Assembly: GCA_964511175.1 (NCBI GenBank)
Contig: CAZEEI010000003.1
Coordinates: 77,716-141,715, forward strand
DNA from: an uncultured Pseudomonadales bacterium
Lineage (GTDB): Bacteria > Patescibacteriota > Microgenomatia > UBA1400 > UBA1396
Direction: 5' to 3'
Length of the DNA: 64,000 nucleotides
Shown here: positions 8,719 through 18,095 of the stretch, piece after piece
Position numbering within the stretch: position 1 is the stretch's first letter
How the letters are laid out: every line of letters starts with the position of its first letter
Program-made: the position numbers and the translations under genes
The notes under the pieces: model-generated
What the model saw: only the letters and a program-made list of their open reading frames with translations
Told to the model about the DNA's origin: nothing
Databases searched by the model: none

Positions 8719-10347
8719 ATGGCCATTTGGTTGCGTCGCCACCCGTGGCGGGCGGTTTTACTAGCTACTTGGGGTGCCTGGTTTGCGGTATTGTGGCCGC
8801 GCTGGTTCGCGGTACGCGCCGACGGTATTTGGGCGGGCCAGCCATTTATTTGGGCAGACTGGAGCGCTCATCTCACTTACGTATCTCGTTTTCTCTATAC
8901 GCCGCCTAGCCAATGGCTGGCCCATCACCCGATCTTTTACTTAGAGAAGTGGACTTACCCGCCGCTTACCAATCTACTATCGGCTGGCTTGGCCGCTTTG
9001 GGTTTACCGCTCCAAGCCGCCATGCTTTTGCCGGTTATCGCCGGTACTATGGCCATCCTCGTTTTACTGTTTGCCTGGTTTGCGCAGCAACACCTCTCCG
9101 AAAGGGTAAGTTTTATTGGTACTTCGCTTTTTCTGTTATCCGGTTCTTGGGGCTGGCCGCTGTGGTTGTGGTCGGTTTGGCATTCGACCGATCCGGTTAG
9201 CGAAATTATTTTTCCCAGCCAACTTTATACCCAAGTTTTTGACCATTACCTAGTTTGGCTCAATCCGATCGCTGGCATGATTTTGCCGCAGCGTTCCTTT
9301 ACGGTTGGTTTTCCACTACTATTAATAATTCTCCTGATGCTCCGTCACCGCTTGGTTGACGCAGCACCAGTCACGACGCGAACCACCATAATTTGTTCTT
9401 TATTGTCCGTCGCTCTTTTTTTTACCCACACCCATAGTTTTTTGACGCTAATGATTTTATGTGCCGTTTGGGCGCTAGCCTGGCCGCGCCGTTGGCGCTG
9501 GTGGTTGGGTTACGCCTTTTTGACCGGTGCACTCACTTTTCCCTGGTATTGGCTGGTTCTACGTGGTTCAGGGGTGGTGGCCGCTTGGTCGATCGATTTG
9601 GGTTGGATGAGTCCGGAACCTTGGTCACCGCTGTCGTGGGTGTGGTTTTGGTGCAAAAACTGGGGACCGCTTTTGCCACTGGCCGCTTATGGTTGGTGGC
9701 GAACTAAACTGGCGGAACAGCGTTGGCAGTTAGGTTTTTGGGTGCTGTTTGTTTTTGCCAATATCGTTCGTACCCAAAATTACGATTGGGATAATTCGAA
9801 GTTACTCATTGTGGTACTACTGGGGTTATTACCAGCCATGTTGCAGGCACTAGGCGATCTGCGCCGCCGCCTACCGCGTTGGCTGGGGGCAGGGGTCATT
9901 GTGGTGGTGATTTTAGGTAGCATCGGCGGCGGCGCCCTAGAAGCCGTTCGTCTTTCTCAGCCGAATCGCACTTTTTGGCAGATGGCCGGTCCGGACGAAA
10001 TCGAGTTTGCCCAACAAGTTCGGGAGATAATTCCGGCGGACGAAGTAGTGCTAACTGCTGACCAGCACAATCACCCGGTACCGATGCTCGCCGGCCGGCC
10101 TGTTTTGTTGGGCTATATCGGTTGGGTGTGGAGTTATGGTTTTGACTATAATCAGTTGGAGCGCGACGTCCAAATCATGTACACCGATCCGCAGCAGTCG
10201 GCGTCTCTCCGGCAAAAGTATGGGGTGCGCTGGGTAGTGATTGGACCGGCCGAACGGCGCAAGTTTGGGCTTGGTTTGGCGCCGGAAAACAGTTGTACGG
10301 TTGCTGGGCAAAACCAAGATTACGCGCTTTATTCTTGTGCCAATTAA
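8719..10347 (+). CDS. large polytopic membrane protein (542 aa), possible GT-C glycosyltransferase
   Basis: Many Trp-rich hydrophobic segments, divergent from the PMT-like gene. No unambiguous catalytic motif. Confidence 0.4.
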   Translation: MAIWLRRHPWRAVLLATWGAWFAVLWPRWFAVRADGIWAGQPFIWADWSAHLTYVSRFLYTPPSQWLAHHPIFYLEKWTYPPLTNLLSAGLAALGLPLQAAMLLPVIAGTMAILVLLFAWFAQQHLSERVSFIGTSLFLLSGSWGWPLWLWSVWHSTDPVSEIIFPSQLYTQVFDHYLVWLNPIAGMILPQRSFTVGFPLLLIILLMLRHRLVDAAPVTTRTTIICSLLSVALFFTHTHSFLTLMILCAVWALAWPRRWRWWLGYAFLTGALTFPWYWLVLRGSGVVAAWSIDLGWMSPEPWSPLSWVWFWCKNWGPLLPLAAYGWWRTKLAEQRWQLGFWVLFVFANIVRTQNYDWDNSKLLIVVLLGLLPAMLQALGDLRRRLPRWLGAGVIVVVILGSIGGGALEAVRLSQPNRTFWQMAGPDEIEFAQQVREIIPADEVVLTADQHNHPVPMLAGRPVLLGYIGWVWSYGFDYNQLERDVQIMYTDPQQSASLRQKYGVRWVVIGPAERRKFGLGLAPENSCTVAGQNQDYALYSCAN

Positions 10348-10371
10348 TGGTCCATTTATTGCTGAATCTGG

Positions 10372-10482
10372 AGGCTTTTCTCTCCAGGCCTAGAGCGCAA
10401 ACAATCTTTTTTCCATGTAGTAGTGTACTGATACAAGAAAAAATGATTGTTAAGTCTGGTGGGTAATGTTACAATCTCGCCA
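10372..10482 (+). promoter_or_regulatory. conserved promoter module copy A (TTGTTA-17-TACAAT, start codon 7 nt after -10)
   Basis: An ~105-bp segment about 90% identical to 59139-59246. Near-consensus -35/-10 boxes. The ATG at 10483 lies where the transcription start is expected, so the mRNA is leaderless or nearly so. Confidence 0.45.
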
Positions 10483-10986
10483 ATGAACTATCAGTTTCCT
10501 GAAACAGGTTCCCATATCTTAGCGAGCGAAACATTTCGTGTTGGTGAAATAATTACCACCCTAGGTGGCCCGTACAATGAGTTGCGGGTAGCGGATTTTG
10601 TCGAAGATTCAGTGAAGTTAGCCGACGGTAGAACTTTGCATCGGATTAGAGTTTCGTTAAATGGTAGAGACGGAGATGGTCGGACGATCGATTCCTTTGA
10701 GGTAGAGCTGTTCGATCTACGCGGACCGTTGGTGGGGTCAGGCTCGGCATATCTGCGCGAAAAAATTGGAGATCTGGTTGATGCTCGTCAAACTTGGCAA
10801 GAACTGCCCCTGGCCAGGCAGGAGGCTGCGCAAAATGCTTTCTGGGAGGCGGTGAAACAAGCCGATAACCCCACCCTATCCGGTTTGGGTGATGCTACCC
10901 TCTGCTTGCCGTACCTACGCAATCAAGAGAACCGCCGCATTTTTCACCAAGCTCAGGCTACTGCAGCTAATCCAGTAGAACTATAA
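10483..10986 (+). CDS. hypothetical protein (167 aa from ATG; ORF track begins at TTG 10447)
   Basis: ORF directly behind the duplicated promoter module. ATG 10483 matches the ATG position in copy B. Confidence 0.45.
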   Translation: MNYQFPETGSHILASETFRVGEIITTLGGPYNELRVADFVEDSVKLADGRTLHRIRVSLNGRDGDGRTIDSFEVELFDLRGPLVGSGSAYLREKIGDLVDARQTWQELPLARQEAAQNAFWEAVKQADNPTLSGLGDATLCLPYLRNQENRRIFHQAQATAANPVEL

Positions 10987-11655
10987 CCGCGCAAACTCGA
11001 TCGGGTCTAAACTAGCGTGCCCCACCAGTACCCCATTGATTTCCTTCGATTCGAGATAAGTTAAAGAGTTCTCGTGATTCACGCTGCCACCATACAATAC
11101 ACGCGTTTCGTCACGGAAAAAATTACGAATCTGCGCAACATTTTCGAGTGTCGTCGGCACAGGATCTTCGTGGCCGCCAAACGTACTGATCGCGTGCACC
11201 GGCTCATAAGCCACAATTACCCGCCGGCGCTGATCATGACTGAGTTGGTTGGATTGTTCTTTGGCTTGATCGATATCGACACAAACGATCGGTGTCAAAT
11301 CGTAGGACAGCGCCTCATCCACTTTTTGGGCGACTAATTGCGACGACTCGTGAAAATATTTACGCCGCTCCGAATGACCCAGGATGACGTACCTCACCCC
11401 CAATCCTTGCAGGGAGTAGCCGGAAACTTCACCGGTGTAAGCACCGGCATCGAATGGGCTAATATCTTGCACGCCTACCGTGTAGGCGCCAGAGGCAAAT
11501 GAACTAACCGTGGCTATTAGCGGTAGCGGTGGACAAACAACGTATTTGGCATAGTCGCGGCGTTCTTGTTGTAGGAACGTTTGGATCCAGTGTTTGGCTT
11601 CCACTAGCGTTTTGTTCGATTTCCAGTTGGCGACGACTAATTTGGTTTGTTGCAT
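10981..11655 (-). CDS. tpiA: triosephosphate isomerase
   Basis: VVANWKSNKT (TIM N-terminal NWK motif), VILGHSERRKYF (GHSERR catalytic His/Glu region) and VAYEPVHAISTFGG (TIM AYEPVWAIGTG loop). Confidence 0.85.
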   Translation of the reverse strand: MQQTKLVVANWKSNKTLVEAKHWIQTFLQQERRDYAKYVVCPPLPLIATVSSFASGAYTVGVQDISPFDAGAYTGEVSGYSLQGLGVRYVILGHSERRKYFHESSQLVAQKVDEALSYDLTPIVCVDIDQAKEQSNQLSHDQRRRVIVAYEPVHAISTFGGHEDPVPTTLENVAQIRNFFRDETRVLYGGSVNHENSLTYLESKEINGVLVGHASLDPIEFARL

Positions 11656-11674
11656 ACGGTTTTACTTTAACAGA

Positions 11675-12023
11675 GATGGGGGTTATAATCGAGCGAAACA
11701 GAAAAAGGATGTTTATGGCCGCAGTAAGGAAGTGGAATAGAAGTGAAGTGTCAATACCCGAATCAGACCTGCAAAGCGTAACGGTTGTTTTTCGAGTGGA
11801 GATTGATGGCAAGCCACAGTTGTTTTTCCAACAGATTACGGATATAAAGACAGGTTTATCACGCCAAGATTATATCCGAGTTGCGGAGGATGCGTGGCGA
11901 AAGGCACATCCCGAACATTCAGACGCAGTACTACAGCTTGAGGATTTCGTAATAGTTAGTAAAGCAGTGCCAATCGAGTCCCCGCGCGGTGCCACTCCCT
12001 ATTATCCCTACCCCGGTCGCTAA
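11675..12023 (+). CDS. hypothetical protein; start uncertain (the ORF track's longest form overlaps the tpiA 3' end)
   Basis: ORF 11529..12023. Internal Met at ~11675 avoids overlap with tpiA. No motif. Confidence 0.3.
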
Positions 12024-12071
12024 GTTTTTGAAGTAGAGAACCGCCCCGTGACGCGGTAAGATGGTTCGTTC

Positions 12072-13946
12072 ATGGATTATTTACAAGGTTTAAACGAGCA
12101 GCAGCTCTCGGCGGTGCAGCACGCTACTGGTCCGGCGGTGGTTTTGGCCGGGGCTGGTTCGGGCAAGACGCGGGTGCTTACGACGCGAGTGGCGCACCTC
12201 ATTACCGCTGGTATTTCTCCTCAATCGATCGTTCTACTGACTTTTACTAACAAAGCCGCCGCCGAAATGATCGCGCGGGTACAGCGCCTAACCGGAGAAT
12301 CCCTACCCTTTGCGGGTACTTTCCACCGGTTGTGCGCGCGCTTACTGCGCGCGCACGCCCCCCTGGTTGGTCTACCCAACGATTACATTATTTACGATGC
12401 CGACGACCAGCTTTCCCTAATTAAACTCATCGCTAAAGAACTAGACCTAAACCCCAAACAATACCACCCGCGCGCTTTACTCGCCGGTATCAGCGACGCT
12501 AAACAACAGTTGTTGTCGCCAGAGGAGTACAGCGAATTTGCCCGCGGTACTTGGCAGGAAACGGTAGGCCGGGTTTACCGTGTCTACGAACAGCGGCTGA
12601 ATCGTTCGGGTGTGGTCGACTTCGATAATCTTTTACTAAAAGTAGTCGAATTACTGCGTCATAACCAGGCGGTACGCGAACGTTACCAGGCTCAGTTCCA
12701 GCACGTTTTGATCGATGAGTACCAAGACACGAACGCCGCGCAATACGCCCTAACCAAATTGCTGGTTTGGCCGCAGCAAAATCTTTACGTAGTGGGTGAT
12801 GCTAGCCAAGCTATCTATGGTTGGCGTGGTGCCGACTACCGTAACCTCCTGCGGTTGAAGAATGATTTTGCCAACTTGACCGAATATCGATTGGAGCGAA
12901 ATTACCGTTCGACACCCAACATTCTCACCGCCGCCTCTGGCGTAATCAGTCACAATACTTTACATCCAGTCTTGGAACTCTGGACAGACAACAAGGATAC
13001 TCAACCAATTACGGTTTTGGAAAATACGGACGGCACGGCAGAAGCGCAGCGGATTGCTGAGCTAATCGGCAACCTGCGTGATACCCAGTCTTGGAATGAG
13101 ATAGCGGTTCTCTACCGCACCAATGCCCAGAGTCGGGAGTTTGAAGAGGCCTTATTGCAAGTGGGTATTCCCTATCAGTTAGTTGGCGGAGTGGAGTTTT
13201 ACGCTCGGCGCGAAATCAAAGATGTGTTGGCGATGCTGTCATTGCTGTTCTTGCCTACCAACGAAGTGGCTCTTGCCCGTTTGGCCAAACGCGGCAAACG
13301 GCGCTTAGCTGTTTTTCAAGCTTGGCTTGAGTCTAAACGTTCGCAGGAAGGTTGGCTCAACCAATCAACCCTAACTTTGCTGGACGAAGTTTTGGCGGCC
13401 AGTGGCTACTTGGAGCGGCTCGATCCGGATGATCCCGAAGATCTGACGCGTATCGAAAACATTCAGGAGTTGCGTTCAGTAGCCAGCCAGCTGCCGGAAT
13501 TAGCCGCCTTTTTGGAACAGATTGCTTTGGTCGAAAACGGAACCGTCGGCAGGCAGGGTGAGCCGGAGGGGCCGGCGGTGACCTTGATGTCACTCCACGC
13601 TGCCAAGGGATTGGAGTTTAATGTGGTGTTTTTAGCTGGTTTGGAAGAGGGTCTTTTTCCGCACTCGCGCTCACTGCTTGACCGGGAACAAATGGAGGAG
13701 GAGCGTCGGCTTTGTTACGTGGGGATTACTCGCGCCCGGAAGCAACTGTATTTATCTTGGGCTCACTCGCGCCTCATGCATGGCGCCTACAGTACTCAGT
13801 TGCCGGCGCGCTTTTTACAAGAGATTCCCGAATCAGTTTTGCAAACAGTGGGTGGCAAGCCACATCGTTCGGCTAATCTCAATGATCCGGACTTGTTGGC
13901 AGTGCTTTATGACGATTTGGCCATTGACGCTTGGCTGAAGAAATAA
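12072..13946 (+). CDS. ATP-dependent DNA helicase, UvrD/PcrA/Rep family
   Basis: GPAVVLAGAGSGKTRVLTTRVAHLI (motif I), DEYQDTN (motif II), YRST, VTLMSLHAAKGLEF and CYVGITRAR (motifs V/VI). Confidence 0.85.
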   Translation: MDYLQGLNEQQLSAVQHATGPAVVLAGAGSGKTRVLTTRVAHLITAGISPQSIVLLTFTNKAAAEMIARVQRLTGESLPFAGTFHRLCARLLRAHAPLVGLPNDYIIYDADDQLSLIKLIAKELDLNPKQYHPRALLAGISDAKQQLLSPEEYSEFARGTWQETVGRVYRVYEQRLNRSGVVDFDNLLLKVVELLRHNQAVRERYQAQFQHVLIDEYQDTNAAQYALTKLLVWPQQNLYVVGDASQAIYGWRGADYRNLLRLKNDFANLTEYRLERNYRSTPNILTAASGVISHNTLHPVLELWTDNKDTQPITVLENTDGTAEAQRIAELIGNLRDTQSWNEIAVLYRTNAQSREFEEALLQVGIPYQLVGGVEFYARREIKDVLAMLSLLFLPTNEVALARLAKRGKRRLAVFQAWLESKRSQEGWLNQSTLTLLDEVLAASGYLERLDPDDPEDLTRIENIQELRSVASQLPELAAFLEQIALVENGTVGRQGEPEGPAVTLMSLHAAKGLEFNVVFLAGLEEGLFPHSRSLLDREQMEEERRLCYVGITRARKQLYLSWAHSRLMHGAYSTQLPARFLQEIPESVLQTVGGKPHRSANLNDPDLLAVLYDDLAIDAWLKK

Positions 13947-13971
13947 AATCGATTTAAAGCAATAACCGACT

Positions 13972-14496
13972 TTAGTCCTGACACTGCCACGAGAACGGAT
14001 CCAGATAATTGTCCGACACAGCGTGACTCTGCGAACCATTCTGCCAGCGGCAAACTTCGTCCATCGAGAGGATTAGACTGTAATCTTTACAGAACCAATC
14101 GCGGCCTTTGGTATAAGGTTCGCCATGTCCCTGGGCTACACAGAAGCGGTAGATATCCAGGCCAACCCGATGCGGTTCTTTGACGGTAATACCACTGCTA
14201 GTAAAGGCTGGTTTGGGGCTAGTTTTACCCTCGCAGCGCCAGGACGATGGATCCAGATAGTTATTCGAAACGGCCTGACTGTTCTTACCATTCTGCCAGC
14301 GGCAGACCTCGCTCGGCGAAATAATCAGGGAATAATTACGGCAGTATTGATCCCGACCTTGAGTATAGGGCTCACCTTTGCCCAACGATTGGCAAAAACC
14401 GGCGAAGTCAGGAGTGTTATCCGCCAAAACTGGCTGGGGCAGGGCAAAAACCACCGCCAAGGCCAGGAATATTGCAGTAAGCAATTTGCGTTTCAT
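13972..14496 (-). CDS. secreted protein with two tandem copies of a ~57-aa 4-Cys domain
   Basis: Signal peptide MKRKLLTAIFLALAVVFALPQPVLA. The unit FC..LG.GEPYT.GRD.YC..YSLI.S..EVCRWQNG..S.AVS.NYLDP.SW.C appears twice. A third copy occurs at 59830-60000. Confidence 0.6.
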   Translation of the reverse strand: MKRKLLTAIFLALAVVFALPQPVLADNTPDFAGFCQSLGKGEPYTQGRDQYCRNYSLIISPSEVCRWQNGKNSQAVSNNYLDPSSWRCEGKTSPKPAFTSSGITVKEPHRVGLDIYRFCVAQGHGEPYTKGRDWFCKDYSLILSMDEVCRWQNGSQSHAVSDNYLDPFSWQCQD

Positions 14497-14549
14497 AATG
14501 GGGAAATTATACCTTTAACCAAGTATTTTGTCAAGGTTATAGGACGTAA

Positions 14550-15626
14550 ATGCACCCGGTTTCTCCGGTCGGCTCAGCGTGCTACCATGAAAGCATGATT
14601 ATCCGTGCGGTCAATAATGCCGAGCGCCTGCAGTTTAACGCCGCGGCGACCCACCCCCTACAGACCTGGGAATGGGGTGAATTCCGCCGAGCTACGGGTG
14701 TTGAAGTAGAACGGCTGGCAGTTTTTGATGACAATAGCCGTTTAATTGAGGGTATTACTACCACCTTTCACCGGGTACCGCTGTTAGGTGGGACGGCTGG
14801 TTATTACCCCAAAGGTGGTCAACCCAGTGAAGCGACTCTGCAGGCTCTCAAAACGGTGGGACAAAAGCACCATGCTCTCTTTGTCAAACTGGAACCCAAC
14901 CTGATGTATCCAGTCAACTCGGGCGCATACTACCAAGATGTGATCGATTTGATTAAAGAACAGGGCGGCGTACCGGGTCAAACCCTTTTTACGCCCTACA
15001 CTTTTGTCCTCGACCTTAACCCTGGGGTGGAAGACTTATTCAACAACTGCAAATCCAAGACGCGCTATAACATTCGAGTGGCACGCAAAAAGGGAGTGGA
15101 AATTGTCGAAGACACTTCACTACAAGGTATGGCGGATTATCTGCGCCTCCTTGCCGAAACCACCGCTCGCCAAGGTTTTTATGCCCACGGTCCGGAGTAT
15201 TTTCAAACTATGTGGCAGGTGATGGGCGAAAGCGGCATGTTACGGATTCTTAAGGCGGTTTACCAGGGGAAAGTGATTACAGCCTGGATTCTGTTTTTCC
15301 TCAACGGGGTAGGTTACTATCCCTATGGTGCCAGTTCGCGCGAATACCGGGAAGTGATGGCCAACAACCTAATGATGTGGGAGGCCTTGATGCTGGCTAA
15401 ACGCGAAGGCTGCAGTCAGTTTGATATGTGGGGTTCGCTAGGGCCCAATCCTGATCCTAACCACAAGTGGTACGGTTTTCATCGTTTCAAAGAGGGGTAC
15501 GGTGGTACCTTGATGGAATCCTTAGGTACTTACGATTTAGTGGTCAATCCGCCGGTATACCAGGTTTTTAAGGTTGGTAATGCCCTGCGCTGGGCTTGGT
15601 TGCGGTACCGCGCGCGAGGACTCTAA
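14550..15626 (+). CDS. FemAB-family peptidoglycan interpeptide-bridge aminoacyltransferase
   Basis: KTRYNIRVARKKGVEI is the FemABX signature region. The size and C-terminal GNAT-like half fit the family. The start may be the internal Met at 14595. Confidence 0.7.
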   Translation: MHPVSPVGSACYHESMIIRAVNNAERLQFNAAATHPLQTWEWGEFRRATGVEVERLAVFDDNSRLIEGITTTFHRVPLLGGTAGYYPKGGQPSEATLQALKTVGQKHHALFVKLEPNLMYPVNSGAYYQDVIDLIKEQGGVPGQTLFTPYTFVLDLNPGVEDLFNNCKSKTRYNIRVARKKGVEIVEDTSLQGMADYLRLLAETTARQGFYAHGPEYFQTMWQVMGESGMLRILKAVYQGKVITAWILFFLNGVGYYPYGASSREYREVMANNLMMWEALMLAKREGCSQFDMWGSLGPNPDPNHKWYGFHRFKEGYGGTLMESLGTYDLVVNPPVYQVFKVGNALRWAWLRYRARGL

Positions 15627-15627
15627 C

Positions 15628-16722
15628 ATGGAGTGGCGGCGCGAGTTACAGCGTTTAGTTTATGGTTTTTCTTTAGGGATGCTGCTGACTGCACTGGTTT
15701 TATTGGTGGGCAGTCGCATCTTAGGAAGTTTAGTGTGGACGAGATTGGGGTTGGCCAATGAGGAGTTTACCGCCGCGGCTGGCCGGGAGCCAGTGAGTAT
15801 TTTGCCAGAAATTTTGGCTGGTTATCAGGCGGCTCAGACGGGGCCACTAACGGCCAGCCGCTGGCTGATCCTCGGCAAAGATGAAGTAGCGGGCAGTGGT
15901 CGGGTGGCGGTATTAACCGACACGATGTTGGTGGCCACTTACCAACCCGCTGACGGCGTAATGAAATTATTGTCCCTGCCACGTGACTGGTACCATCCGG
16001 TTTACGCTACCAAGATTAATGCTCTCTACACTTATGGTCAGCAATATGACCCGCAGCAGCCGACCCTGCTTCTTAAAACGGCTCTGGCCGAAATGCTGGG
16101 TCTGTCTTTTGATCACATAGTTACCCTTTCGCTTGAGGATGTACGCCAGCTGATCGATATTTTAGGGGGAGTTGAAGTGGCGGTACAGCGTGGTTTTACC
16201 GATGCGCTTTTTCCCCGAGCCGGCGTGGATGTAACTAAAGTCAACGATCCGGCACTACTGTACGAAACGGTTAGTTTTACGGCCGGGTCGCAGGTAATGT
16301 CAGGAGAGACCGCTCTCAAGTTTATGCGTTCCCGCTACAGTACCGATCCCCAAGAGGGCAACGATGAGGCACGAGTAGCGCGCCAGCAACTAGTAATTAA
16401 AGCGCTGGCGGCTGACCTGATGCAACCGCGCGTCATCGGTAATCCAACTATCCTGGGTAATTTATATCGTTGGTACGCGGATCGTTGGCAGACAGAAGTG
16501 TCCTTATTCGATCTCGGTTACTTAGCCGGTGAAATAGCGGTGAGCCACCGTTCGCCGGAATTAACAAAAGTTGATTTGCCGCTAACCAATGCGCCGGTCG
16601 CCACCAACGCCGCCGCCCTTTTGATTCATCCACCCGTCGCTAAATACGGTCAGTGGGTGTATGAGGCGGCCGATCCTAGTTTTGCCGCCATCCGGCAGTT
16701 TATCCAAAGCAATGGTTTTTAG
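15628..16722 (+). CDS. LytR-CpsA-Psr (LCP) family cell-envelope phosphotransferase
   Basis: N-terminal TM helix, then ILGKDE...RVAVLTDTMLVATYQP...KLLSLPRD matching the LCP core (R.DT.ml..i....SIPRD). GAGGA RBS 9 nt before ATG 15628. Confidence 0.7.
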   Translation: MEWRRELQRLVYGFSLGMLLTALVLLVGSRILGSLVWTRLGLANEEFTAAAGREPVSILPEILAGYQAAQTGPLTASRWLILGKDEVAGSGRVAVLTDTMLVATYQPADGVMKLLSLPRDWYHPVYATKINALYTYGQQYDPQQPTLLLKTALAEMLGLSFDHIVTLSLEDVRQLIDILGGVEVAVQRGFTDALFPRAGVDVTKVNDPALLYETVSFTAGSQVMSGETALKFMRSRYSTDPQEGNDEARVARQQLVIKALAADLMQPRVIGNPTILGNLYRWYADRWQTEVSLFDLGYLAGEIAVSHRSPELTKVDLPLTNAPVATNAAALLIHPPVAKYGQWVYEAADPSFAAIRQFIQSNGF

Positions 16723-16788
16723 TGTACAATGTCTTTTTAACCAACAATTGTTGGTGTCGGTTGGTACCTTGGTACCGAAAGGAGTCGT

Positions 16789-17025
16789 ATGGCTGTCGCT
16801 TCTTACGAAGTGAGTTCGCCAGGTGGTTTCCCGGATGAAGATACGCCAAGGACGGCGCGGGAGAAGCGGCCGTCTATTTTGGACGTGTTTCATGTTTGTC
16901 CAATCGGTGGTGTGTACCACTATCTTGAACCAGCGCTAGCCAGAATTAGTGCCGAAGTCACTGCTGCGGCGCAAAAGGCTAGTGTGGTATTGGTTAAAGG
17001 CAAGAAAGACGACTCGACGCGCTAA
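16789..17025 (+). CDS. small hypothetical protein (78 aa)
   Basis: Strong RBS AAAGGAG 7 nt upstream. Preceded by the perfect palindrome ACCAACAATTGTTGGT. Confidence 0.35.
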   Translation: MAVASYEVSSPGGFPDEDTPRTAREKRPSILDVFHVCPIGGVYHYLEPALARISAEVTAAAQKASVVLVKGKKDDSTR

Positions 17026-18095
17026 TTAGATTCGGAACTCAGCACCAACTGTGGTACGCGATCAAGTTGTTGGGGCACCTTAATCCATTTTTGTCGGGCA
17101 AATTTGAGTGCACCGACGAGGGCGACCATAGCGCCATTGTCACTGCAAAGTTTACGCGAATAGGGAAAATAGGCTTGGGCTCCAAACATTGCGGCCGTTC
17201 GCCGCAGTTGTTGGCGCAAGTGAATGTTGGCCGCCACGCCGCCTCCCACCAAAATTTGCCGAACAGGATATTGTTCCAGAGTTTTGCGCATTTTGTGAAC
17301 AATAGTTTCAATGGCGGCCCGTTGGAACGAGGCGGCCAGGTCTAGTGTTTGGATTTGCGTAAGGCGATCCGGGTGGTCGCCGGAAACTTCTTGGACTAGT
17401 CGCCGCATTGCCGTTTTGAGGCCAGAATAACTAACGTTAAGATCAGGTGTGTTGCGCATCGGGATTGGCAGGGAGTATTGTTGCGGATTACCCGCTTTGG
17501 CCAGTTGGGCGAGCGCGGCGCCACCGGGAAAACCTAAACCGAGCAAGCGCGCGACCTTGTCAAAAGCCTCACCTAAAGCGTCATCTACGGTGGCGCCGAC
17601 CACTTGGTACTTTCCCCAGCCTTCGATTAAGACGATTTCCGTGTGGCCGCCGGACACGATTAAACCCAAAGCGGGGAAATCGATTTCTTCCTGACGAAGT
17701 GGTGCTTTTCCCAGCCGATTAGCGGCCAAGGAAGAAAGCAGGTGACCCTCCAAATGATTAACCGCGATCAAGGGTAGCTGGTGCTGGTTGGCCAACTCTT
17801 TAGCTCTGGCCAAACCGACTTCCAAACTAACCGCTAAACCAGGTCCGTAGGTAACGGCGATGGCGTCAATTTGCTGCCAGTCGATTTGCGCCCGACGCAG
17901 CGCCAAAGTTAAGACGCGGTCAAAGTTTTCTTGATGCGCGCGGCGCGCCAAGTTAGGCACCACGCCGCCCCAGCCGCGGTGAATATCGTCTTGAGAAGCA
18001 ATCACGTTGGCGAGTACCCGCGCGCCGCGCACCACTCCCACTGACGTATCGTCGCACGAAGTGTCGATGCCGATTATCAGCGGTTCGTGGTTCAT
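17022..18095 (-). CDS. tsaD: tRNA N6-adenosine threonylcarbamoyltransferase
   Basis: IIGIDTSCDDTSVGVV, HLEGHLLS (metal-binding HxxxH of Kae1/TsaD) and VSGGHTEI. Confidence 0.9.
   Translation of the reverse strand: MNHEPLIIGIDTSCDDTSVGVVRGARVLANVIASQDDIHRGWGGVVPNLARRAHQENFDRVLTLALRRAQIDWQQIDAIAVTYGPGLAVSLEVGLARAKELANQHQLPLIAVNHLEGHLLSSLAANRLGKAPLRQEEIDFPALGLIVSGGHTEIVLIEGWGKYQVVGATVDDALGEAFDKVARLLGLGFPGGAALAQLAKAGNPQQYSLPIPMRNTPDLNVSYSGLKTAMRRLVQEVSGDHPDRLTQIQTLDLAASFQRAAIETIVHKMRKTLEQYPVRQILVGGGVAANIHLRQQLRRTAAMFGAQAYFPYSRKLCSDNGAMVALVGALKFARQKWIKVPQQLDRVPQLVLSSESN

Noticed and set aside
8652-8909. 85-aa plus-strand ORF starting inside the inverted repeat
   Set aside because: It begins inside the operator-like palindrome and overlaps the 5' end of the 542-aa membrane-protein gene in another frame. 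It is most likely spurious.
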